From the NCBI GenBank assembly GCA_963663545.1, contig OY760505.1, positions 1,728,001 through 1,792,000 of the forward strand: DNA of 64,000 bases, written 5' to 3'. Origin of the DNA: Candidatus Delongbacteria bacterium. Lineage in GTDB: Bacteria > CAIWAD01. The first letter of the stretch is position 1. The number at the start of each line of letters is the position of its first letter. Shown here piece after piece: positions 35,132 through 45,237 of this stretch. The position numbers and the translations under genes are program-made. The notes below the pieces were generated by a model. That model made no database searches. It saw only the letters and a list, made by a program, of their open reading frames with translations, and had not been told where the DNA came from.

Positions 35132-38100
35132 TTGCATAGAGTTTTCCGACAGTCTCAAGCCGGGACGCTGCTTTGTTTGTTACTGCTGTTGCTCACCCTG
35201 GGCACACAGGCTTTTGCAGCAGCAGATCTCAAAGCATCTACGCGCTGGCGCGGTCCCACCGAACAGCTCAATTATGATCCCTTCTCGCAGGAACTCGTCC
35301 CCTGGCGAAGCAGCAGTTTTTCGCTGTCGCCAGCCAGTCGCGAACGACTGCTGACGATTCAGGCAGACTCCACACAGACGGGCATGGTCTACACCACGCG
35401 GGATGCGGCCGGGCAGATTCGAGCCATCTGCACGATTCCTTTTGAGCATCTGCTGGAGCGTACGCTCGTCAGCCGCAATCCGCGCATGTTGCGCGAGGGC
35501 TTGGCCGATCAACTATTGACCCGCTTCGGTACCGGCAATGAAGACATCGAAATCGACATTCCCTTCAAGGTCAAGAGTAAAACCTTCCGTCGTTTCTTCG
35601 GCAGCGGCCGCATTGGCATGAATGTCAACGGCTCCATCAGCGTCAACGGTACTCTGCGCAAAGAGAAACGCGAGGCGCAATCGTCTTCGGCATACAACAA
35701 CAACAACAGCGACTTTTTGTTGGAACAGACGCAGCAGTTCACGGTGGTGGGCAAAATCGGCGAGAAAGTCGACGTCCACATCGACCAGGATACTGAGCGC
35801 AGCTTCGATTTTGAGAACAGCCTCTCTATCGTCTACACAGGAGAGCCGGAAGAAGTACTGCAGAAACTCGAAGCGGGCAACGTAGCGCTCTCGCTCCCGG
35901 GCACCAATTACGTGCAGTTCAACGAGCAATCCAGTGGCCTTTTCGGTTTGAAGGCCGTCACGCGCTTCGGCCCACTGGAAGTCACGGCGATCGCTTCCAC
36001 CGAGAAGAACGAGTCTCAGCAACAGAGTTCGGACGGCGCTGTTCAGACCACCGACCGCTCGCGTGGTCCTGCAAACAGCATCCGCCGTATGTTCTTTGTA
36101 AACAAGTTCTATCAGAACCAGTACCGCATCTACGACTCCCGCATGAACCCGGTTACAGTTTCAGGTCAGCGTATCGTTGCCTTTGATTTGTACGAGCTCG
36201 AAAGCGACGAAACCGAAGCGGCCTCTGAGCTGACGCTGATCGATCCTAGTGGCGATGTGGTTCGTAGTAGTTATCGCATGCGTAAAACGAGCTGGTCCAG
36301 CACCGAGGGAAGCGACCAACGAATTCAGCTCGACCCGCTTCGTGGTATCGTTACCCTGCCTTACGGTACAAGCGGCATTGTCGCAATGGCCTACCGAACG
36401 GAAAACGCAGACCTGTTCACCAACATGTCGGGCAGCATCGATTTTCCCGGTATGTTTGAAGAAGGCCAAGCGCATACAATCCATACAGGTACACTGAATG
36501 CAGGTGAGGGTGACGAGGTTGTCATTCTCTATCCAGAGTACTTCAATCCCAGCGAGCAGCCCTACTGGGATCTTCAGTTGCGCAACGTATTTGACATGGC
36601 CAACGCTGATGTGGATGTGGATGAGCTTGAGCTGCGCATTCGCGAAGGGCAAAGCGACAACGGAAGCTATCAGCAGAACAGCATCGACTATAGGCAGATC
36701 TTCTATCTGGACTTGTACAACAACTCCACGGAATTGCTGGGTTCGGATGGCAAGATTGATGACAATTGGGTCGACACAGAAACCGGCTATTTGTGGTTTC
36801 CCAGCCCCTTCCCCTTCAGCGACCGGCCCGAATCCTACGTCTTCCAGACTTCCTACGGCAGCTCGGTAACGATCTACGACCGGATAAGCGGCGACAGCCT
36901 GACGTATCAGGGCGTCAAGCTGGCTCCCAACAAGGGGACCAGTAGCGACGAGCTGGAATACGTTCCCTTCGACCGCACAATGGCTGCTTCGCTGGATACG
37001 CTGTACAACACAAACACCACGAATCAGCAGGCGATTAACAACTACAACAGCCTGATCACCATCTGGAGTGAAGTGCGAACGGGAACCGAGGTCTTCAGCC
37101 TGGGCTGGAACGTGACCAACGTAACCGTAACAGCCAACGGCAGCCGCCTTGTCGAGGGAACCGATTACGAGCTGGACGAGATGTCGGGCATTGTGCGCAT
37201 TATCAACGCGCGCTATCTGCGCCCCGATCAGAGCATCAAGGTGAGTTGGGAAAGCCCGGAGCTCTTTCAACTGCGCAAGAAAACCTTTATGGGTGTCAAG
37301 GCTGATTTAAGTCTGGGCGATGTGGGTAGTCTGGGCATGGCCTACATCTACTTCAACGAGGAGTCTTCGGAAAGCAAAGTTCGACTGGGCAATGAGCCCA
37401 TCAAGAATTCCATCTTTGATATCAACGGCAACCTGACCTTTGCCCCGCGCATCATGACCAACATGGTAGATGCTTTGCCGCTGATCGAGGCAGATGCCCC
37501 TTCGCGCCTCGCGTTAAGCGGTGAATTCGCCATCATTCTGCCCGACCCAAACCCCTCCAACAACCCGAGCACGGGCGATAACAATGGTGTGGCTTATGTG
37601 GACGATTTCGAATCCTCAAAGCAGGAAAGTCCGGTTTCGCTGAGTCACAACATGTGGTTCCTCTCTTCAAAACCGCTTGATTATCAACTTGGATATCGAG
37701 GGTTGATGGGCTGGTTCAATCCTCGCGAAAAGACATCGCAGCGAGAAATCTGGCCCAACTACGAAGAAAGCAGTAACGAAACGGCGCAGAATGACATTCG
37801 CACCCTGACCCTGCAGTACTATCCCTACACACTGCTTAGCCAGCTTCGCAGCGGAGCGGACACATCGCTGACCGGCGAAGGAACCATGCGGCGCAATTCC
37901 TGGGGCGGCGCCTATCTGGAATTCCTTGGGCTGTACTCGAGTGGCGGGCTTGAGAGCAAGAAGTTCATCGAGATGACAATCAAGATCGAGGGCGATCGCA
38001 GTGGTACGCTGCACCTCGATCTCGGACGTATGTCAGAGGAAATCCTTGTCAACAATAGCCGAGACACGGAGGATCACACCCCCGCCGACAATGTGCTGCA

Positions 38101-41100
38101 AATCTCTACGGAGGATATGGGTCTTGACGGCGTGCGCGAAGCGGATCCACCCTGGCCTCTTCCCGATGAGCTGCATGGCTGGTCGGGTACCTACCAGGAC
38201 ATGCAGGCAGAGTTCTCTGAGAAATACGACTACTGGGACATCAACGATAACGGTCGCAAAGATTCTTGGGAGCCCTGGTCTTTTGACAACTATCAGGCCG
38301 CCGAGACCGAACAAAGCGAGGCGATCAACCTCGACCCGGACCACCCGATCGACCGCTCGCATGGCTGGCAGGGTAACGGTCAAAACGACACCGAACAGAT
38401 GCGTCCTGACGACGAGGACCGCAACGGCGACGGCGACGTAAGCGACTTCAATAGCTACTTCTCGTGGGAGATTCCGCTCAATCCCAACGACCCCGACTAC
38501 GATACCTATGTCTCCGAGATCGATCCGCGTACCGAATGGCTGCATGTGCGAATTCCGCTGCACAAGGCGGGCTACACGGAGCACGGCGATTCCCCGACGC
38601 TGGAGGCCGTCCGCGGTCTGCGCTTGTGGTTCAGCGATTTTGATCGTCCGGTGGATGTATCCATTGCCGAGTTCAATTTCGTCGGCAACGAGTGGGTCGA
38701 GGACACTACCTCAACGAGTTCTGCGAATTTCAAAATCTCCGTGCTGAACAACTTCGACAACAGCTCGGTGTATTACAGCCCTGCAGGTGTTGAAGGCCAG
38801 CGGGACAACATCACTGGTATTCGCGAGCGCGAGCAGTCGATGGTGTTCGAGCTGACCGACATGCCCTTTGGCGACATTGCCTGGGCTGACAAGACACTCG
38901 ATGCGCAGGTCTCGCTGGCTGAGTATCGTCGGCTTCGCATGTTTGTGCACGGTGGTAGCGCCGATGTGCTCTTGCGCGACGACGATACAACGATTGTCGA
39001 TATCAGCGACTTCGAGCAGAAGTACAACAACGATCAAGTCGAGTTCATCTTCCGCTTTGGAGTCAACCAAACCAACTACTACCAGTACAGCAAGTTTGTG
39101 CACGCGGGTTGGGCCGAAGAGAATGCCGTCGACATTATCTTCTCGGAAATCACCGGCATCGAAGAGTTTACTCGCGCCACAAAGGGGCAGGAGGAGCCGA
39201 ACAAGCCCATTCTGCTTTCTGACGGCGGGCAGATGACCGTGGTAGGCTCCCCCTCCATCAACAACATCGGCTTCTTTCGTATTGGAATAAAAAACCATGG
39301 GTCACGCCCGTTGGACACTCAGATTTGGTTCAACGAGCTGCGCGTCAGTGACGTGAAAAAAGAAATTGGCCGCGCATTCCGAGCGGACCTCGACGCCGAC
39401 TTCAGTGATGTGATACAAACCAATGCGAGCTTCGAACAGAAAGACGCCGAGTTCCACAACGTCAAGCAGCGTACTACAGCCTCGGGCAGCCAGTATTTCC
39501 AGCGCAACTGGAGTGTTGGCGCATCAACGGATCTGGGGCGTCTGCTGCCGCCCTCCTGGACGACCGAAATTGACATCTCGAGCGACTACTCAGAGCGCTA
39601 CAAAGTGCCGCGCTACGTGATCGGCGACGACCAGGAACTAGACATGGATGATCCCCCGGAAGACATGGAGGATCTCAGTCGCACGCGGGGCGCGAGCATC
39701 TCCTTCAAAAAACGCAATAGCGTGGGTTTCGCTGGTAAGCAGCTTCTTGACCGTGTCAGCCTGCGCTACAGTATCAGCGAGCAGTCTGCGCGTAACAATA
39801 CCAACAGCGGTGATACAACCATTACCCAAACCGCAGAGGTGAGTTACTCGAATCAGTGGAATTACACACACCGCCTGCGTCCTTTCTTCTTTGCCGAAAA
39901 CTGGTGGCTGGTTGGCGATGCAAGTAGATTCGGCATCGGCTACATGCCACAGAGTATCACGCTTAGAGCAGACGCGCGCCGTGTTTTCCGTGATACATAT
40001 ACTCGCGAGTCAGGCAATGAGGTTCACAGTCAAACCTACCTGCTCAATAGAAGCTGGAACTCTAGTCTTTCGCCGTTGAACGACCTGAGTGTCAGTTTTG
40101 GTCGCAGCTACAGCGGTACGAACCTTGTCTTCAATCGCCTGCACACTGAGGTTCTAGAGCCGCTTAGCCAGTACGAGACCACAGAAGACAGCCTGCTGTT
40201 TTACGATTACTTGCGTCGTCTGGAATTGTGGCGTGAAGGCGAGACCACCATTACGGATGGTGACAACAACATGCGCCAGACCGTGGATTTTGCCTACCAA
40301 CCCACGCTGGTCAAATGGATGACGACCTCGTTCAACTACAACACAAGCTACAGTTGGCAGCGTACTCCAGCAGAGCCGGAACTGGGTGTATCCGTGAGCA
40401 ATAGTGGGTCTTTTACCAGTAATCTCAAGCTGAAGACAGGCACCTTGCTCCCCAAGTTCCTGCTGATGTCACCAGAGCGTGTTACAAGCGCCAAGCAGGA
40501 GCTGGAACAGCTCGCTCGCGAGCGCAAGGAGCGGCGTCAGGCCCGACGCGAAGAACGAGCTGCGCAAAAAGCCGCACGTGAGGCCGAGAATGCAGACAGC
40601 GACGAGCCGACAGAACTCGTGACGCCAACAGGCGAAGAAGCGGAGGAGGCTGTCGAAGCGGATGAACTCCCGGCACCAGTTATCGACCCGAATCCAGAGC
40701 CTCAGCTACCGAAGCCGCGACTAGAAGGCCTCACTGAACCCGGTGAGCCTGGTAGTCCCGGCATGGGTCCGGGCGGACTTGGAGGGCCTGGCAAGCCTGG
40801 CGAAGAGCACGATCCTCAGAAGGACGGTGACACACCACCAGCACCGGCCAATAGTGTTGCCGAGCCGGAGATACCTTTCGCCGCTGATACACTGTTGACG
40901 GCAACTGAGTCTGTGACACAGCCTTCGGATTCTCTCGGAGAGTCCCCGGCCGTGACACAGACGATCGAGGTAATCGAAGAAGACACAGGACCCGGTCTAC
41001 TGGAAACAGCAGGCCAGAGCCTGAACCGCGTACGTCTACGCGTCGGTGTGGCACTTGCGGAACTCCAGGACATTACGGCGACATTCCGTCGTACCTCCAG

Positions 41101-42118
41101 CCAGTCGGACCCGCTTCTGGCCGTTTACCCGTGGGATAGCTTTTTCAAGCGCCACGCTGACTTGTTGTACCAGCTTGGCCTGAACCGTGACACGGGCATC
41201 AATCGCGTCAGTACTGCGATTTCACGCAGCACATCTGTGCCAACTCGGAACTTTGGCTACAACTATAATTTGAGCACCTCGCTGAATGTGATACACGCCG
41301 TCCCCATCAGCCTGTCCTACAGCTACAGTTTCACGCAGGGCTTCTCGGACGAAGAAGAAGCAAGTCGCAGCGAGGAGCTGACCGGCTGGTACATCTTTGA
41401 AGGCGAGTCCGCGTTGACCGGACCGGATTTTGCCGAAGACGAAGTCGTTGCCGGAAATCCCGCCCTGCGCGCGATTCCGGATTACAACTTCAGCATCAGT
41501 GGTTTTGAAAAACTGCCGCTTGTTCGCTCGGTTGTTCGCACGATGAGCATGAACCATGGCTATCGCGGAAGTAGCACCATCAGCTACGCCAAGGGCGAAG
41601 AAGCGATGTATCGCAGCAGCCTTACGTACTCGAAGAATTTCGATCCGCTCGTCGGATTTGATTTCAGCACTGGAAAGGGTTGGAGCGGCTCCGTCAATTT
41701 GTCTGTATCACGTAGCTTGGATGTTGATTCTCCGGACAGCGACAGCCGTGATGTCAGTTTCTCCTACTCCAGACGCTGGCGCTTCAGCGCGTCAAAGGCG
41801 CTACGTAAAGGCTTCAAGCTCCCCTTCATTCGAAAGCACTTTGAAAACAACACCACGCTCACGTCCGAATTCTCAATGAGTTCAACCTCGAGCTATTCAA
41901 GCGAGAAGGTCACGGAGAGCGATTTCACTTATCAGCAGTGGAGCCTGCCACGCGAATCCAGTGACTGGAGCATCAAGTTCTCGTCATCCTTTGAGTTCAG
42001 CCGCAATGTGACAGGTCGTGCCGGATATGAGTACGGACAGAACAAAACGACGTCCGGTGAAAGCGTCAGCTACAACTTGTTCTCCGTTTCCTGCACCATT
42101 CGACTGCGTGGTCGATGA
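35132..42118 (+). CDS. sprA: Type IX secretion translocon SprA/Sov-like protein
   Basis: 2328 aa with signal peptide; VGKIGEK, FDFEN, YTGEPEEVLQKLEAGNV, LFGLK, KVRLGNEP, AYVDDFE, EYRRLRMFVHG and WFNELRV motifs. Confidence 0.9.
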   Translation: MHRVFRQSQAGTLLCLLLLLLTLGTQAFAAADLKASTRWRGPTEQLNYDPFSQELVPWRSSSFSLSPASRERLLTIQADSTQTGMVYTTRDAAGQIRAICTIPFEHLLERTLVSRNPRMLREGLADQLLTRFGTGNEDIEIDIPFKVKSKTFRRFFGSGRIGMNVNGSISVNGTLRKEKREAQSSSAYNNNNSDFLLEQTQQFTVVGKIGEKVDVHIDQDTERSFDFENSLSIVYTGEPEEVLQKLEAGNVALSLPGTNYVQFNEQSSGLFGLKAVTRFGPLEVTAIASTEKNESQQQSSDGAVQTTDRSRGPANSIRRMFFVNKFYQNQYRIYDSRMNPVTVSGQRIVAFDLYELESDETEAASELTLIDPSGDVVRSSYRMRKTSWSSTEGSDQRIQLDPLRGIVTLPYGTSGIVAMAYRTENADLFTNMSGSIDFPGMFEEGQAHTIHTGTLNAGEGDEVVILYPEYFNPSEQPYWDLQLRNVFDMANADVDVDELELRIREGQSDNGSYQQNSIDYRQIFYLDLYNNSTELLGSDGKIDDNWVDTETGYLWFPSPFPFSDRPESYVFQTSYGSSVTIYDRISGDSLTYQGVKLAPNKGTSSDELEYVPFDRTMAASLDTLYNTNTTNQQAINNYNSLITIWSEVRTGTEVFSLGWNVTNVTVTANGSRLVEGTDYELDEMSGIVRIINARYLRPDQSIKVSWESPELFQLRKKTFMGVKADLSLGDVGSLGMAYIYFNEESSESKVRLGNEPIKNSIFDINGNLTFAPRIMTNMVDALPLIEADAPSRLALSGEFAIILPDPNPSNNPSTGDNNGVAYVDDFESSKQESPVSLSHNMWFLSSKPLDYQLGYRGLMGWFNPREKTSQREIWPNYEESSNETAQNDIRTLTLQYYPYTLLSQLRSGADTSLTGEGTMRRNSWGGAYLEFLGLYSSGGLESKKFIEMTIKIEGDRSGTLHLDLGRMSEEILVNNSRDTEDHTPADNVLQISTEDMGLDGVREADPPWPLPDELHGWSGTYQDMQAEFSEKYDYWDINDNGRKDSWEPWSFDNYQAAETEQSEAINLDPDHPIDRSHGWQGNGQNDTEQMRPDDEDRNGDGDVSDFNSYFSWEIPLNPNDPDYDTYVSEIDPRTEWLHVRIPLHKAGYTEHGDSPTLEAVRGLRLWFSDFDRPVDVSIAEFNFVGNEWVEDTTSTSSANFKISVLNNFDNSSVYYSPAGVEGQRDNITGIREREQSMVFELTDMPFGDIAWADKTLDAQVSLAEYRRLRMFVHGGSADVLLRDDDTTIVDISDFEQKYNNDQVEFIFRFGVNQTNYYQYSKFVHAGWAEENAVDIIFSEITGIEEFTRATKGQEEPNKPILLSDGGQMTVVGSPSINNIGFFRIGIKNHGSRPLDTQIWFNELRVSDVKKEIGRAFRADLDADFSDVIQTNASFEQKDAEFHNVKQRTTASGSQYFQRNWSVGASTDLGRLLPPSWTTEIDISSDYSERYKVPRYVIGDDQELDMDDPPEDMEDLSRTRGASISFKKRNSVGFAGKQLLDRVSLRYSISEQSARNNTNSGDTTITQTAEVSYSNQWNYTHRLRPFFFAENWWLVGDASRFGIGYMPQSITLRADARRVFRDTYTRESGNEVHSQTYLLNRSWNSSLSPLNDLSVSFGRSYSGTNLVFNRLHTEVLEPLSQYETTEDSLLFYDYLRRLELWREGETTITDGDNNMRQTVDFAYQPTLVKWMTTSFNYNTSYSWQRTPAEPELGVSVSNSGSFTSNLKLKTGTLLPKFLLMSPERVTSAKQELEQLARERKERRQARREERAAQKAAREAENADSDEPTELVTPTGEEAEEAVEADELPAPVIDPNPEPQLPKPRLEGLTEPGEPGSPGMGPGGLGGPGKPGEEHDPQKDGDTPPAPANSVAEPEIPFAADTLLTATESVTQPSDSLGESPAVTQTIEVIEEDTGPGLLETAGQSLNRVRLRVGVALAELQDITATFRRTSSQSDPLLAVYPWDSFFKRHADLLYQLGLNRDTGINRVSTAISRSTSVPTRNFGYNYNLSTSLNVIHAVPISLSYSYSFTQGFSDEEEASRSEELTGWYIFEGESALTGPDFAEDEVVAGNPALRAIPDYNFSISGFEKLPLVRSVVRTMSMNHGYRGSSTISYAKGEEAMYRSSLTYSKNFDPLVGFDFSTGKGWSGSVNLSVSRSLDVDSPDSDSRDVSFSYSRRWRFSASKALRKGFKLPFIRKHFENNTTLTSEFSMSSTSSYSSEKVTESDFTYQQWSLPRESSDWSIKFSSSFEFSRNVTGRAGYEYGQNKTTSGESVSYNLFSVSCTIRLRGR

Positions 42119-42131
42119 TCGGAGGTAAACC

Positions 42132-43055
42132 GTGTCACGTCTACTCAGAATACTCCCTCTCCTGCTGTTTGTATCACAAAGCAGTGCGATGGAATTCAGC
42201 GGCGAGCGTGCGTATGAGTTGCTTGAGGAAATGTGCGCCTTCGGCCCGCGTGTTCCCGGCACTCAGGCCTGGCAGGACTGTGGTCAATGGCTTCACGATG
42301 AGCTTGCCCGGCATTGCGACGAGGCATGGACTCAGTCTTTTCGTGCTACACTTCCCGCCGATCATCCGTGTTCCATCGCAGACACGGCGTGGACGGGAGC
42401 CGGCAAGCAACTCTTCAACATTGTCGGTCGAATTGCCCCGTGGGAGGATCGTCGACTGCTGTTGGCCGCCCACTGGGATAGCCGTCCTTTCTGCGATCAC
42501 GATCCAGACACGCTGCATCGAAGTGATCCGGTACTAGGAGCCAACGACGCGGCCGGTTCTGTTACTGTTCTGCTGGAGCTGGCCCGTGTGCTGAAGCAAG
42601 AGGATCTTCATATCGGAATCGACATCGTGTTTTTCGATGGCGAAGATCTTGGACGTGAAGGTCACCTCGAGGAATACTTGCTTGGATCACGCTACTACGC
42701 GGACCATCTACAGGAGCCGCGACCGGAGCAAGGCATTCTACTTGACATGTGCACCGAAAGTGATCTGCGAATTCCCCTAGAGGCTTACAGTCTGCGAGCG
42801 GCACCGCGACTCTGCAACCAGATCTGGTCTGCGGCAGAGGAGCTGGGATACGGATCAACCTTCGTCCGAGAATCGGGATTGGCCATCTACGACGATCACA
42901 CGCAACTGATCGCTGCAGGTGTTCCAATGGTTGACATTATTGATTTCGATTTCCCCGAGTGGCACACGCGCCGTGATACACCGGAGGTTTGCGATCCGCA
43001 CTCCATGCAGATCATTGGCGATACCGTGATCCATACAATTCTGACTTCCTACTAG
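42132..43055 (+). CDS. M28 family protein, glutaminyl cyclase-like
   Basis: FGPRVPG, AHWDSRP, GANDAAG, FFDGED, GSRY, LLDM, DDH and WHT..DT motifs. Confidence 0.8.
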   Translation: MSRLLRILPLLLFVSQSSAMEFSGERAYELLEEMCAFGPRVPGTQAWQDCGQWLHDELARHCDEAWTQSFRATLPADHPCSIADTAWTGAGKQLFNIVGRIAPWEDRRLLLAAHWDSRPFCDHDPDTLHRSDPVLGANDAAGSVTVLLELARVLKQEDLHIGIDIVFFDGEDLGREGHLEEYLLGSRYYADHLQEPRPEQGILLDMCTESDLRIPLEAYSLRAAPRLCNQIWSAAEELGYGSTFVRESGLAIYDDHTQLIAAGVPMVDIIDFDFPEWHTRRDTPEVCDPHSMQIIGDTVIHTILTSY

Positions 43056-43066
43056 CGGAGTGATAC

Positions 43067-43942
43067 ATGTCCTGGAAACTGACTCTCAAAATCAACGAGC
43101 TGGTTCGTGATGCGGCAGCCAATACATGTTTCGAACTGGGAGCGATCGGCATCCAGGAACTGAGCGAGGGGTTTGCTGCGTGGTTTGCCGAGGACGCTGA
43201 CATTGAGCATGCTCGCCAACACCTTGACATCTGGCTGCACGCCCAGCGCGAATTGGATGAAACGCGTCGGCTCGTCTGGGAGGTCAGCGTGGATCACGTG
43301 GAAGACGAGGATTGGTCGGTCAACTGGAAGCGCCATTGGAAACAGCAGTTCTACGGCAAACGTCTTTCTGTCTGCCCCAGCTGGATCGAACCCGCGGAGG
43401 CCGACGAGCGCATCATTCTTCAAATCGATCCCGGCATGGCCTTTGGCACAGGCACCCATGAAACCACCAGTCTGTTGCTGGAGTGGCTCGATGAGCTGGG
43501 CGATCTCTCCGGCCAAAATGTGCTGGACGCTGGCTGTGGTACAGGCATTCTTGCCATTGCTGCACTGAAGCTCGGTGCGGCCTTCGCACTGGGGTACGAC
43601 AATGATCCCGATGCAATTGTTGTAGCACGCGAGAACGCCGAGGTCAACAATTGTCAGCTCGCCGCTCACTTCAAGGTTAGCGATCCCGCCAGCGCGACGG
43701 ATGGGGCAACCTTCGATCTGGTTCTTGCCAACATCCAGCGTTCCGTGATCGTCGATTTCTTCCCCAGCCTCTTGCGTTCTGTCGCTTCGGATCGCCCCCT
43801 ACTCGTTTCAGGCATTTTGGCCGAGGAAGAAGCCATCATGGTTAAGTTGGCCGAGGAGTACGGCCTTCCTGCGCCGGAGATTCGGCGTCAGCGCGAGTGG
43901 ATTGCGCTCTGCTACCGAAAGCCCGCAGGATTGGAGATCTAA
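43067..43942 (+). CDS. prmA: Ribosomal protein L11 methyltransferase
   Basis: DWSVNWK, IDPGMAFGTGTHETT, LDAGCGTGIL and VSGIL motifs. Confidence 0.95.
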   Translation: MSWKLTLKINELVRDAAANTCFELGAIGIQELSEGFAAWFAEDADIEHARQHLDIWLHAQRELDETRRLVWEVSVDHVEDEDWSVNWKRHWKQQFYGKRLSVCPSWIEPAEADERIILQIDPGMAFGTGTHETTSLLLEWLDELGDLSGQNVLDAGCGTGILAIAALKLGAAFALGYDNDPDAIVVARENAEVNNCQLAAHFKVSDPASATDGATFDLVLANIQRSVIVDFFPSLLRSVASDRPLLVSGILAEEEAIMVKLAEEYGLPAPEIRRQREWIALCYRKPAGLEI

Positions 43943-43943
43943 G

Positions 43944-44933
43944 ATGCAGGCTCTGGTGATTCACGCAGACATTGGCTACACGCATGTCCTGATGGCCAGC
44001 GACCGGCCATTGGAGGATGGTGGCGCCAACCTGAACTCGGTCCTGGGCCCGACACGTTCCGCGCCCGCCGCCGTGAACAAGCCTACCGGCCATCTAATGC
44101 GCATGGAACCCGAGCCACTGTACATACATCACGATGAGACCGTGCGCAACGGCGCAGATCACAGCCTGATGCTCGAAGGACTCGTCGACCAGGAGCGCTT
44201 GCACGTAATCCTGGATCACATGGCGGATTCCGTCGCCAAGTTTGAACCGGTTATTGACGGTATGCGTCTCACGCTATCGCGCGATTTGCTGGATAAAGCA
44301 GACCCGCGCGCACGCAGTGTTGTAGACCGCTTCCAGCGTGATACAGGCCATTTGTTACGTCTGCTCGCTTCGGACGAGATTTCCCTCTGGGTGCTCCGTG
44401 CCTTGCGTTCGTTGTATCCAACGGACCCGATCGCCGGCGTCGCGTTAGGCTTCTGGAATTCCTACGCTGCCATCGAGGACCCGGGCCGTGCGCCGAAATT
44501 CACAGCATGGCCACTCGGTGTCGTCAACCTGCCGAACTCCATGGAGCTGCATCCTGCCTCGCAGTTTGCGGGGGCCGAAGCCATTGTCGAAGAGAAGTAC
44601 GGCCAACTGCTGGTCACAGGTGAAGCGGCCTGGCTCTTGGGCGCATTACGACAAGGGTTGACCTTTCATGCACCCGACATTATTGACGAAGCCGTGCTCA
44701 ACGTCGAAGACCTTCGCGAATACGCCGACTGGCTGCGCCACTGGGAACCGACAGAGCGCAACACCATTCCGATGGTCTGCGATCGTGGCGAATTGGTGCT
44801 ACACTATTTAAAGCTGGCCGAAGTACTTCTGCGGCGTTCCGGCTGCGACGAGCTACGCTGCTGTTCCCGTGGCCTGGTTCATGGATTGATCCTCGATCTC
44901 TTCTCTGACGCCCGCAAACAACTCCGCAAGTAA
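43944..44933 (+). CDS. Divergent Ppx/GppA-fold protein
   Basis: Length and C-terminus (RGELV...LLRRSGCDELRCCSRGLVHGLI) resemble Ppx/GppA; catalytic motifs are not conserved. Confidence 0.45.
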   Translation: MQALVIHADIGYTHVLMASDRPLEDGGANLNSVLGPTRSAPAAVNKPTGHLMRMEPEPLYIHHDETVRNGADHSLMLEGLVDQERLHVILDHMADSVAKFEPVIDGMRLTLSRDLLDKADPRARSVVDRFQRDTGHLLRLLASDEISLWVLRALRSLYPTDPIAGVALGFWNSYAAIEDPGRAPKFTAWPLGVVNLPNSMELHPASQFAGAEAIVEEKYGQLLVTGEAAWLLGALRQGLTFHAPDIIDEAVLNVEDLREYADWLRHWEPTERNTIPMVCDRGELVLHYLKLAEVLLRRSGCDELRCCSRGLVHGLILDLFSDARKQLRK

Positions 44934-44979
44934 TTTGTTATCCTTGCCGGTTCCGTTGTACCAAAGAAGGAGCCGGAAC

Positions 44980-45234
44980 ATGCCAACCTACGAGTACCGA
45001 TGCCAGTCCTGCGGGCATGAGCTGGAGGCGTTTCACAGCATGACAGCCGATCCTCTTCGTCTGTGCCCAAACTGCGGTAAAGAAGAGCTGAAACGAATCA
45101 TTTCCTCCGGTGCTGGCATGATCTTCAAAGGAAGCGGCTTCTACGAAACCGATTACAAGCGCGACAAGAAACGCCCCGTCTCCAGCGAATGCAAGAGCTG
45201 TGAGAACAAGGCTTCCTGTGGCGTAAAGGACTAA
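44980..45234 (+). CDS. FmdB-family zinc ribbon protein
   Basis: MPTYEYRCQSCGH...CPNCG...FKGSGFYETDY. Confidence 0.92.
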   Translation: MPTYEYRCQSCGHELEAFHSMTADPLRLCPNCGKEELKRIISSGAGMIFKGSGFYETDYKRDKKRPVSSECKSCENKASCGVKD

Positions 45235-45237
45235 GCG

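Noticed and set aside
36161..37270. 369-aa minus-strand ORF
   Set aside because: Antisense shadow of sprA.
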